This document shows positions 9,165 through 17,642 of a DNA stretch of 34,574 nucleotides, piece after piece. Positions within the stretch are counted from its first letter, which is position 1, and each line of letters starts with the position of its first letter. The position numbers were made by a program, and so were the translations under genes. Under the pieces are notes generated by a model. It was not told the DNA's origin, did not search any database, and saw nothing but the letters and a program-made list of their open reading frames with translations. This DNA comes from Nitrososphaeraceae archaeon (GTDB taxonomy: Archaea > Thermoproteota > Nitrososphaeria > Nitrososphaerales > Nitrososphaeraceae), in assembly GCA_035250975.1 (NCBI GenBank), contig DATFEP010000041.1, positions 1 to 34,574 of the forward strand, written 5' to 3'.

Positions 9165-9265
9165 ATCTAATTAATTTATACTTTGTTTGAATATAAATCC
9201 TTATTTTTACTTTTGATATCGCATGTCATTGTATTGTTTATATTTATCTTTAATGACCTGATTTT

Positions 9266-10528
9266 GTGGCAAATATCGTTCCAGATATCGATCGTCAAGC
9301 CGGTATAGACTGCTATTGTACAGAATTCCCAGGCATAAATGGGAGAATAAAAGAAAAAAATAATGATTTCTATGTTTCCGAATTAATAAACGAATCTTTT
9401 TTAAAATCTCCTTATTTCTCTTCTCAACAAAATAAAACTAATAAATTCCCTCTTTTTTTGTTAGAAAAAAATGGTTTGGACTCAAATCACGCTTTAATAG
9501 ACATCAAAAAGAAAACAGGATTAAATCTAAGAATATTAGGTATCAAGGATGCAAAGGCCATAACAGTTCAATATGCAAGTGCGGAAAATACAAAGAACTT
9601 TCCAAGAAAGATTCAGACTTCAAAAATTCGGCTATCTTTATTAGGATTTTTAAGTAAACCCTTATCGAAATCTATACTCATTGGAAACAATTTCGAGATA
9701 CGAATTCATAACGTATTAGAAGATGATCTGAGTGTATTTTCATCAGAAATAAACAAAATAGCTAATTTTTATGGATTACAACGATTTGGAAGCGAACGTA
9801 TGGTGACACATTTAGTTGGAAAAGCTATTTTAAAAAGACAATTTGATAAAGCAATAGAATATTTACTTTGTTATACTTCCATATATGATTCCAAATTCTC
9901 AAAAGAGATCAGAGAAAAGAGTCGAGATCCAAAAAATTATCGTAATCTGATCAAAAATATCCCAAAAGGCATGGATTTAGAAAGAAAAATAATGTCTGTT
10001 CTTGCTGATGGAAAAGGACCGATTTTTGCATTAAGGTCTCTCCCAATATCTATCAGGAGACTATTTGTTCATGCCTATCAATCCTATGTTTATAATAAGT
10101 GCGTTAGTACAGCAATCCTTGAAGGCGAAGATATTCATATATGCAATAATGGAGATCTATGTTTCGAAATAGAAAAACCATTGATCTTTCGAAAAATAAA
10201 AAAATTTAGCAAAGTTGATTCATATGAAAATATCATTCCAGCAATACGCCTTGTTGGGTATAACTTTCAGGCAGGAAAGGATAGTAGATTTGATAATATA
10301 ATTAGAAGAATTTTACATGATGATGAAATATTGCCAAGTAATTTCTACATAAAAGAATTGCAGGAACTAAGTCTACAGACTGGATTTAGACAGACATCTC
10401 TATGTTGTACTGATTTTATGTATTCAGGATCAACTATTCTTTCCTTTAAATTACCAAAGGGATCATATGCAACGACTTTGTTAAGAGAATTAATAAAACC
10501 TAAAGATCCAATTAAGTGCGGATTTTAA
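9266..10528 (+). CDS. truD: tRNA pseudouridine(13) synthase TruD
   Basis: DFYVSE, GIKDAKAITVQ (catalytic Asp), GNNFEIRI, NFYGLQRFG, FVHAYQSYVYN, FKLPKGSYATTLLRE; GTG start with TTTATA at 9237-9242. Confidence 0.95.
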   Translation: MANIVPDIDRQAGIDCYCTEFPGINGRIKEKNNDFYVSELINESFLKSPYFSSQQNKTNKFPLFLLEKNGLDSNHALIDIKKKTGLNLRILGIKDAKAITVQYASAENTKNFPRKIQTSKIRLSLLGFLSKPLSKSILIGNNFEIRIHNVLEDDLSVFSSEINKIANFYGLQRFGSERMVTHLVGKAILKRQFDKAIEYLLCYTSIYDSKFSKEIREKSRDPKNYRNLIKNIPKGMDLERKIMSVLADGKGPIFALRSLPISIRRLFVHAYQSYVYNKCVSTAILEGEDIHICNNGDLCFEIEKPLIFRKIKKFSKVDSYENIIPAIRLVGYNFQAGKDSRFDNIIRRILHDDEILPSNFYIKELQELSLQTGFRQTSLCCTDFMYSGSTILSFKLPKGSYATTLLRELIKPKDPIKCGF

Positions 10529-10845
10529 AAATATAGAATTTGATATTTATTAAAGGAAACTATTCGATATAACTTCAATTGTACTTTTGATAAAACATAT
10601 TTCAGGCATTTCAGAGATGAAAGAAAATAAAGAATTATTTTTATGTGTCACAGAAATTCATATCAAAAACAATTCCGACAACAAATCACTAGTGTTTCCC
10701 AGAATCAAATAATTACTCGATCCAATAAATGCAAAAGTTATCGCTACCAACACAAAGATAAAAGTATATCAATGAAATAAAACTGATTGTATCTTTAAAT
10801 TGAGGTATGAAATAAGATATAAAGAAAAATAACTATTAACTGAGT

Positions 10846-12087
10846 TTATGTAATTATTTTGAAATCTATTTCTTTTCTCTTTAGAAACTCTATCAAAAGT
10901 TCTGAATGTTTTTCATTTTCCAATTCTAAGCTTAAATAAACTCCTGCTGTTCCTGCAGCTATATTTGAACTGAGTCTATCATGTATTACCTCAACAATAT
11001 TTACGCTTAGATCAGAAATACCGTCTACAACAGTTTTCAAAGCTCCCGGCTTGTCTGGTAATTGTATAAAAATTTTCAACATTCTGTTCATTTGCATAAG
11101 TCCTTTTGCCACTACCTGCCCAAGTAGATACATATCAACATTGCCTCCTGAAAGAATTGATACAACTTTTTTATTTTTATTTTTGTAACCACTGGTCATT
11201 AAATAAGCTAAACTTGCTGCACCTGCAGGTTCGATAACTAACTTCGATCTTTCCATTAATAGAAACATAGTTTTTACTATGGAACTATCATCAACTAATA
11301 CTACATCGTCGAGATATTTTTTTGCTATTTCAAAAGTTAAATTTCCTGGCGATTTTACTGCAATTCCATCAGCTATACTAAATTCTCCTTTTTTTGTCTG
11401 AATGGATCCTTTCTCTAAAGATTCTTTCATTGCAGGAAATGCCTTCGATTCAACACCAATAATTCTAGCATTTCTTTTTTTCTCTTTTATTGCTATACCA
11501 ACACCTGCAGCAAGACCACCTCCACCTACAGGAATATAAACCTCATCCAGGTCAGGTAGATCTTCCATTAACTCTAAACCTATAGAACCTTGTCCAGCTA
11601 TTACCTTGGGATCATCAAAAGCATGTATTATAGTCTTTTTCTCTTTTCTTGCCATTTCCTTTGCCATTATCCAGGCCTCATCATAGTCAGAACCTCTTAG
11701 AATAACTTGTGCATTATAAGATCTTGTTGCAGCAATTTTTGCAGGAGATGCATTAATTGGCATTACAATTGTACATGGAACATTTCTTATACCTGCCGCA
11801 TAAGCTACACCTTGAGCATGATTACCTGCTGATGCAGCTATGATTCCATATTTTATTTCTTCCTCAGATAAAGATTGGATCTTGTAAAGTGCTCCTCTTA
11901 CTTTAAAGGATCCTGTTTTTTGTAAAGCCTCATTTTTCAAGAAAACATTCGTACCTATAATTTTAGAAAAAGTATTAGATTTATAGAGGGGAGTTTTTCC
12001 AACAAAGCTTTTTAATACTTCTCGACTTCTTAGAATATCCTCATAGACCGGAAATTTTTTTGTTTCTAAATTCAATTCACTGCTCAT
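10846..12087 (-). CDS. ilvA: Threonine ammonia-lyase (PLP-dependent) with one C-terminal ACT domain
   Basis: LKNEALQKTGSFKVRGA (PLP lysine), ASAGNHAQG, PVGGGGL, SGGNVD, ACT domain LPDKPGAL. Confidence 0.92.
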   Translation of the reverse strand: MSSELNLETKKFPVYEDILRSREVLKSFVGKTPLYKSNTFSKIIGTNVFLKNEALQKTGSFKVRGALYKIQSLSEEEIKYGIIAASAGNHAQGVAYAAGIRNVPCTIVMPINASPAKIAATRSYNAQVILRGSDYDEAWIMAKEMARKEKKTIIHAFDDPKVIAGQGSIGLELMEDLPDLDEVYIPVGGGGLAAGVGIAIKEKKRNARIIGVESKAFPAMKESLEKGSIQTKKGEFSIADGIAVKSPGNLTFEIAKKYLDDVVLVDDSSIVKTMFLLMERSKLVIEPAGAASLAYLMTSGYKNKNKKVVSILSGGNVDMYLLGQVVAKGLMQMNRMLKIFIQLPDKPGALKTVVDGISDLSVNIVEVIHDRLSSNIAAGTAGVYLSLELENEKHSELLIEFLKRKEIDFKIIT

Positions 12088-12148
12088 TATATTAAAGAAT
12101 AGATTTTCATTTCTAATTATAATTTGCTATTTTATTAAAAAAAGAAGA

Positions 12149-13012
12149 TTAACTGGATACTAGTTTTAATATACGAACTATTTCATTGAATTTTTCAAGA
12201 ATACTTTCTGTCGTTGCTTTTTTAATTATTTTTGTATTTATGTAGGGATCTCTTATACCACTTTTTTTATTAGTGATACCTTCTATTTCGAAATAAGATA
12301 TAATTCCCTCCTCTCCTTGCATCAACCTGTTGTAATCTATTCCATTTGTAGATATTCTGTATAACTCTCTTACCATATTGTTTAACTCTAATACTAAACG
12401 TTCTCTCTTTCTGTTCAGAATCGCTATTTCTGGAAACTCTTTTTCATGTAGTAAGGCAATCTTTTCCAATCTTGACATTAGTTGAGGATCCTCAAATAAT
12501 ATTGTGAATAAATCTTCAAAATTTAGCATATCTTTTCCACTTTTTTTCAATTCTTCTTTTATTGTTTCATTTCCTTTTTCTGTTAATAAAGAAAAACTTT
12601 CAAATTGATCTTGATTGAGTTTTATTAATTCTTTTTGTATTTCAATAACTCTTTTATCAACATTGTAGAATGATAGTGCATGAAATTGTATCCCAAAATA
12701 TCCATAAATATAAAATTTATCTATGGTAGTGGAAATCTGAAAAAATAAACGATGCAAATCATCAGTCTTAGATTCAGAAATATCAGATATAATCCATCCA
12801 TCTAATACTTTCATAAAGCTTTGAAACAAATTCCGAATTTCTCTTGGATCGAATGTTTCTGAAGAGGTAATAGTTCCATCTCCTAACATGACATTAACCT
12901 TTTGCATGATCAATTTGGGTTTCAGAAATGTTATAAATTCATAATAAATCTTATCTACTTCTTTATTAATATTTGGAACGAAGTCATCGTCCCCTTTTAA
13001 AGGTAGCCGCAT
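12149..13012 (-). CDS. Hypothetical protein with predicted helical/coiled-coil segments
   Basis: 287-aa open frame filling the space upstream of ilvA; charged helical composition; no motif recognised. Confidence 0.75.
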   Translation of the reverse strand: MRLPLKGDDDFVPNINKEVDKIYYEFITFLKPKLIMQKVNVMLGDGTITSSETFDPREIRNLFQSFMKVLDGWIISDISESKTDDLHRLFFQISTTIDKFYIYGYFGIQFHALSFYNVDKRVIEIQKELIKLNQDQFESFSLLTEKGNETIKEELKKSGKDMLNFEDLFTILFEDPQLMSRLEKIALLHEKEFPEIAILNRKRERLVLELNNMVRELYRISTNGIDYNRLMQGEEGIISYFEIEGITNKKSGIRDPYINTKIIKKATTESILEKFNEIVRILKLVSS

Positions 13013-13167
13013 TTTAGATAATTATAATTATTCAAGTTTAAAATAGATTTTGAAAAACTTTTAGTCTGTATTTATTCTCAATAGCTTTGGTAAATATCTT
13101 ATGTATTAGGCAATATTTTGGTTAAAAAAAAATAAAACTAAAATATTAATCAAAATAAAATAAATTA

Positions 13168-13422
13168 ATGCCCACAGCATATATTTTGGTTAATTGTACT
13201 TTAGGCTCGGAAGAAAAAATAATTAGCGAATTGACAACGTTGTCAGATGTGAAGGAAGTAAGAGGAACCTATGGCGTTCATGATGTGTTTGTTAAAGTTC
13301 GATCCAGTGATACTGAATCAATGAATAACACGATCACAAACAAGATAAGGAAAATCCCTGGTATTACCTCAACAGTTACTTTAGTAGTAATAGAGGAACA
13401 AGGCGGGAAAGAAAGTCTTTAA
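13168..13422 (+). CDS. Stand-alone Lrp/AsnC ligand-binding (RAM) domain protein
   Basis: AYILVN...G.E..I...L..V.EVRGTYGVHDVFVKV...IRKIPGITSTVTL pattern; no N-terminal HTH. Confidence 0.88.
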   Translation: MPTAYILVNCTLGSEEKIISELTTLSDVKEVRGTYGVHDVFVKVRSSDTESMNNTITNKIRKIPGITSTVTLVVIEEQGGKESL

Positions 13423-13460
13423 TCTAATTTTATTTATTTTTAGCAATTCTAAATCGTTAT

Positions 13461-13673
13461 CTATAACTTGGTTTTTCTATCCTCTTCCTTTATTTTCTTT
13501 ATTTCATAAATTATTAGTATAGTACTTCCAACAATAATTGACCATCCAATAAATGCAACAATAATATGATATTTATATTCCGGGATCAAAAACGAAGCTA
13601 ATGCTATAGAAGCTCCTATCCACCAACTTACTATTAGTAATTGAAGACTAATTTTAGTAACTAATTTTATCAA
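13461..13673 (-). CDS. Small two-TM membrane protein, hypothetical
   Basis: Two hydrophobic stretches and a charged C-terminal tail (KKIKEEDRKTKL); TTG start overlapping the upstream ORF stop, preceded by GAGG. Confidence 0.7.
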   Translation of the reverse strand: MIKLVTKISLQLLIVSWWIGASIALASFLIPEYKYHIIVAFIGWSIIVGSTILIIYEIKKIKEEDRKTKL

Positions 13674-13834
13674 CCTCTCAGATCCTCGTCAAATCCGCTA
13701 AAATAACCTAAGATTTTACCGCATTTTGCACACTTATAATATTCACTGAAATCAAAATTATTGTATAATCTAAATGAGAATGAATCACTATGTGAACAAA
13801 ATAATCTTCTAAGTAGTTGTATTATAGCATTCAA
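13670..13834 (-). CDS. Small putative zinc-binding protein (CxH...CxxC), 54 aa; absent from the ORF track
   Basis: Manual translation from TTG 13834: MNAIIQLLRRLFCSHSDSFSFRLYNNFDFSEYYKCAKCGKILGYFSGFDEDLRG*; TGA overlaps the next start (TTGA). Confidence 0.65.
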   Translation of the reverse strand: MNAIIQLLRRLFCSHSDSFSFRLYNNFDFSEYYKCAKCGKILGYFSGFDEDLRG

Positions 13835-13877
13835 TAATACGATCCTAATGTCAGTAGTATAATATATTATTAATTAA

Positions 13878-13978
13878 TGCCGTCGGTGAGATTTGAGCTC
13901 ACGACAGCTCGGTCTTCAGCTTCACCCTCGTGATTACCATAACGAGTCGAGTGCTCTCCCAGGCTGAGCTACGACGGC
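13878..13978 (-). tRNA. tRNA-Phe(GAA) with a 27-nt intron (13921-13947) at position 30/31
   Basis: Minus strand GCCGTCGTAGCTCAGCCTGGGAGAGCACTCG[ACTCGTTATGGTAATCACGAGGGTGAA]GCTGAAGACCGAGCTGTCGTGAGCTCAAATCTCACCGACGGCA. Acceptor stem GCCGTCG/CGACGGC, D stem GCTC/GAGC, spliced anticodon stem CTCGG/CCGAG with loop CTGAAGA, T stem GTGAG/CTCAC; CCA not encoded. Confidence 0.95.
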
Positions 13979-14194
13979 ATTTAAATAACTAAATTAATTT
14001 CATCAATATATAATTCTATTTTGATTCACGAATTTTCTGTTTTATATAAAATTTATATCGTTGAATATTCATATAAAATCAAATTTATAATATTTCTATA
14101 AAAATAAAAGTAATTTTATTAATAACTTTTTTAACATAACTATATATCTAAAACTAAATAAAGATTAAAAATAATTTGCTAGGAGATAAGCAAA

Positions 14195-14365
14195 ATGAAT
14201 AATTCAGTTAATTCTGAATCCAATCAGGTTATAGAAACTGCAGAGGAAAGGAAAAAAAGATTTCTTCTGGAATTTGATATGCCTTTCAAATGTGATAAAT
14301 GCAATGAAAGGTTCAAGAAAAAAAAATACCTTCGAGAACACAAGGCAGAGGTACATTCATACTAA
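14195..14365 (+). CDS. Small C2H2-type zinc-finger protein, 56 aa; absent from the ORF track
   Basis: MNNSVNSESNQVIETAEERKKRFLLEFDMPFKCDKCNERFKKKKYLREHKAEVHSY*: full F-x-C-x2-C-x3-F-x5-L-x2-H-x4-H consensus; AGGAG at 14181-14185 upstream of the ATG. Confidence 0.88.
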   Translation: MNNSVNSESNQVIETAEERKKRFLLEFDMPFKCDKCNERFKKKKYLREHKAEVHSY

Positions 14366-14453
14366 GTCTTTATAATCAACATTGTCATATACTTGTATTC
14401 CATAATTGAGTATAGATAATATTTATTGCTATAACAGGATTTTATTATGATAT

Positions 14454-15023
14454 ATGAGGATTTATACAAAGACAGGTGATAATGGATATACTGGTCTTAT
14501 AGGTGGCCAAAGAATACCAAAGAATGATCCAAGAATAATATGTTATGGAAGTGTTGATGAGCTTAATTCTTATGTCGGATTATGTATTTCAATTTTGCTA
14601 CAAAGACAAAATTCGGCATTTTTTTTCAAAGATCTGATAGAATTACTTACCTCATTACAGAATGATCTCTTTGTTATGGGATCCGACCTTGCTGATCCTG
14701 ACTTGAAAAAACCATCTTCTATTAGAGTAAAAAAAGAGATGATAGATAATTTAGAAAATAAAATCGACATGTATGAAAGTGAACTTGATCCGATAACGTT
14801 TTTTATATTACCAGGCGGTTCTGTAGAATCAGCACATCTTCAAATTGCGAGGAGTATTACTAGGAGAGCAGAAACGAACGTTTCAAAATTACTTTCTACT
14901 TCAGCTGAAACAGTGAATAATTTGATACTTGTCTATTTAAACAGATTCTCTGATTTGTTGTTTGTCATAGCTAGATTGATAAATAAAAGATTAGGTGTAT
15001 CCGATGTTGCATGGAAATCTTAA
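14454..15023 (+). CDS. ATP:cob(I)alamin adenosyltransferase, PduO-type
   Basis: IYTKTGDNGYT, YGSVDELNS, FILPGG, ARSITRRAE, YLNRFSDLLFVIAR. Confidence 0.94.
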   Translation: MRIYTKTGDNGYTGLIGGQRIPKNDPRIICYGSVDELNSYVGLCISILLQRQNSAFFFKDLIELLTSLQNDLFVMGSDLADPDLKKPSSIRVKKEMIDNLENKIDMYESELDPITFFILPGGSVESAHLQIARSITRRAETNVSKLLSTSAETVNNLILVYLNRFSDLLFVIARLINKRLGVSDVAWKS

Positions 15024-15063
15024 TATAATTAAGAAATCTACAATCAGGAAGTAGTGTCTTTAA

Positions 15064-15255
15064 ATGGGACAAATACGAAATGTTGCTATAATAATAGTAA
15101 TTACCGTCGTAATGGGAATTATTACACTATTACTAGCGCATCTTTTTGACATCTTTCTAAAACCGATGATGATGTCTATCTTTTCATCAGATTTAATAAT
15201 GATATCTTATATCATTCAGTCAAGTGATTTATCTTGGTATATTACACTTAAATGA
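15064..15255 (+). CDS. Small hydrophobic hypothetical protein
   Basis: 63-aa ORF with a single long TM-like stretch, fitting exactly between co-oriented genes. Confidence 0.5.
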   Translation: MGQIRNVAIIIVITVVMGIITLLLAHLFDIFLKPMMMSIFSSDLIMISYIIQSSDLSWYITLK

Positions 15256-15291
15256 ATAAAAGATAAAACCCATGTTTTTTTCTTATATTGT

Positions 15292-15948
15292 ATGTATACA
15301 CCAAATCATGTTAAAGATGATAATAGAATTATTGATATTAGTAATAGTGTAAGAAGTAACAACGAATCCCATGATGTAGACATTGATACTTTTATTCAAT
15401 CCATTTTTAGATTAAAGAAAATAAAAAGAACAGGATGGCTTGCGAAAGGAAAAATACTTGATGGAGAATCTATTGCTGATCACAGCTATTCCTTATCTGC
15501 ACTCTGTATGGTTTTTTCTGATATTTTAGGTCTGGATACTGGAAAAGTAATGAAGATGTGTATAATACACGATCTGGCCGAATCAATAATAGGTGATATT
15601 ATGCCAGGTGAAATTCCTGAGAAGGAAAAAAAGATGAAGGAAACTAAAGTTATGGAATCCATATTGTTTTCTCTTCCTGTTTCCGTCAGGATAGATTACA
15701 TTAGAATATGGAAAGAATTCTTGTTAAATGGATCACAAGAGGCTCAATTAGTTCATAAAGTGGATAAGTTAGAAATGTTGTTACAAGCAAGAGAGTATTT
15801 GCTTCAGGGTTATTCAATCAGATATTTAGAACAATTCTTCAAATCTATAGAAAAATATTGTAATCAGGAAGATAATCCGTCATTATACGGGATTTTAGGT
15901 ATTTCAAATACGTTGAAAAATTTAAAATACTCTTTAGATAAAAAATAG
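15292..15948 (+). CDS. HD-domain phosphohydrolase (YfbR/HDDC2 5'-deoxynucleotidase-like)
   Basis: LKKIKRTGW, ESIADHSY, IIHDLAESIIGDIMP, EAQLVHKVDKLEMLLQA. Confidence 0.9.
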   Translation: MYTPNHVKDDNRIIDISNSVRSNNESHDVDIDTFIQSIFRLKKIKRTGWLAKGKILDGESIADHSYSLSALCMVFSDILGLDTGKVMKMCIIHDLAESIIGDIMPGEIPEKEKKMKETKVMESILFSLPVSVRIDYIRIWKEFLLNGSQEAQLVHKVDKLEMLLQAREYLLQGYSIRYLEQFFKSIEKYCNQEDNPSLYGILGISNTLKNLKYSLDKK

Positions 15949-15958
15949 TATATATAAA

Positions 15959-16282
15959 ATGCAATATTTTATGGCGTTAAAACTTGGAGAGAAAAGAGTT
16001 AAACAGGCACGAGATCTTCTAGAAATCTATACAGGAAATGCAATGCCAGCTCTTGCCCTAAAAGATGCTAAATTAAACGACTGGTCCCCCGTAGGAGAAG
16101 AAAATCTTGTTGCAGTGGTTCAAGAATCGAATGGATATATGATAGTGTTATGTGATAGTAACGGGATAGCAAAAACTATTGCACAATGGTTTTCAGAAGA
16201 AGATAAGAATAATATTATTTTAAAAATAAAAGAAGAGCAGAATTTACAGGAATATTTTGGAAAATTATCTTTGCCTATATAA
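15959..16282 (+). CDS. Hypothetical protein
   Basis: 107-aa ORF tightly spaced in a co-oriented run; globular-looking composition; no motif recognised. Confidence 0.7.
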   Translation: MQYFMALKLGEKRVKQARDLLEIYTGNAMPALALKDAKLNDWSPVGEENLVAVVQESNGYMIVLCDSNGIAKTIAQWFSEEDKNNIILKIKEEQNLQEYFGKLSLPI

Positions 16283-16322
16283 TTAACCCTTAAGTACCCA
16301 TTACTGTATCTAACAATGTAAT

Positions 16323-17558
16323 TTGGCGAAAAAAATAGAACAGGAAATAGAAGTTAAAGGTCACTTGATTGATTCAATGATCCTGACTAATATTTTCGAT
16401 AAGATCATGGATATAAAAGGTGATTTCAAAGTTATTGAATTTAACGTCGGTAGAAAGAAAACATCTCCTAGTTATGCCAGACTAGTAATAAGCGGAAAGG
16501 ACCAAAAACACCTAGATGAAATATTAGAAGCTGTTTATAGAGAAGGTGCTCAACCAATCACTACAAAAGATGTTTTATTGGAAGCATCTCCAGCGAATAT
16601 GGTTATGCCAGATTTATTTTATAGTACTACTAATAAACCAACACAGATTTATTATGGTGGAAAATGGATCGATGTCAAAAATATTATGATGGATAAGTGT
16701 ATAGTGGTTGATACACAAAAAAAAATTGCCGAATGTAAAATGATAAGAGACATAAAAGAAGGAGATCTTGTAGTAGTAAAGGAAAGAGGCATAAGAATTA
16801 TCCCTGAAGAAAGACCCCGTCAGGGAGTCGATATATTTCAGTTTATGAGTAGTAGCTCATCTAGTGAGAGACCAACCCAACATATTATCAAAAAAGTAGC
16901 AAACGATATTTATGAAGTAAAACAAAAAAAAGGTAAAATAGTTGCCGTAGGAGGACCAGTAATAGTACACTCTGGTGGTTCACAATCCTTAGCCAAATTA
17001 ATAAGTATGGGCTATATTGACGGGTTACTTGCTGGAAATGCCTTAGCAGTTCATGATATTGAAAATGCATTATTGGGTACTTCTCTTGGAATGAATATCG
17101 ATGACGGAACTTTAGCAGTACGAGGACACAGAAATCACATGCAGTCAATCAATGAAGTTTTTAAATACGGTTCAATAAAGAAAATGGTTGAAAACGGATC
17201 TCTAACGAAAGGAATTATGTATGAATGTATTAAAAATAATATTCCATATGTATTGTCTGGATCTATAAGAGACGATGGTCCTATTCCAGATGTTGTTACA
17301 GATATTGTTGAAGCTCAAAGGAAATATAAAGAAATTTTGAAGGATGTAAAAATGGTAATAATGCTCTCATCAATGTTACATTCAATCGCCGTAGGTAATA
17401 TGTTACCCTCGTATGTGAAAGTAATTGCAGTTGATATAAATCAATCTGTTGTCACCAAGCTTTTGGATAGAGGTACAACTCAAGCTATTGGAATAGTAAC
17501 TGATGTAGGTGTATTTCTTCCAATGATACTGCAACATTTAAAAGATTTTTCAAGATAG
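16323..17558 (+). CDS. TIGR00300-family protein (LOR/SDH-type; archaeal ornithine cyclodeaminase family)
   Basis: GHLIDS, FYSTTN.PT, MDKCIV, FQFMSS..SSERP, GNALAVHDIE, GTSLG, GSIRDDGP, MLHSIAVGN, KLLDRGT motifs; TTG start. Confidence 0.87.
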   Translation: MAKKIEQEIEVKGHLIDSMILTNIFDKIMDIKGDFKVIEFNVGRKKTSPSYARLVISGKDQKHLDEILEAVYREGAQPITTKDVLLEASPANMVMPDLFYSTTNKPTQIYYGGKWIDVKNIMMDKCIVVDTQKKIAECKMIRDIKEGDLVVVKERGIRIIPEERPRQGVDIFQFMSSSSSSERPTQHIIKKVANDIYEVKQKKGKIVAVGGPVIVHSGGSQSLAKLISMGYIDGLLAGNALAVHDIENALLGTSLGMNIDDGTLAVRGHRNHMQSINEVFKYGSIKKMVENGSLTKGIMYECIKNNIPYVLSGSIRDDGPIPDVVTDIVEAQRKYKEILKDVKMVIMLSSMLHSIAVGNMLPSYVKVIAVDINQSVVTKLLDRGTTQAIGIVTDVGVFLPMILQHLKDFSR

Positions 17559-17642
17559 TATATTAGTCTAGGAAATATTGTTACCGAATCCGGTGCATAT
17601 TTTTGGTAACCGCTAATTTATTTTTTATTTGATATTTTAATT

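Noticed and set aside
10529-10845. 31-45 aa ORFs and a hydrophobic minus-strand fragment between truD and ilvA
   Set aside because: No recognisable motif or convincing start context; cannot support a gene or pseudogene call.
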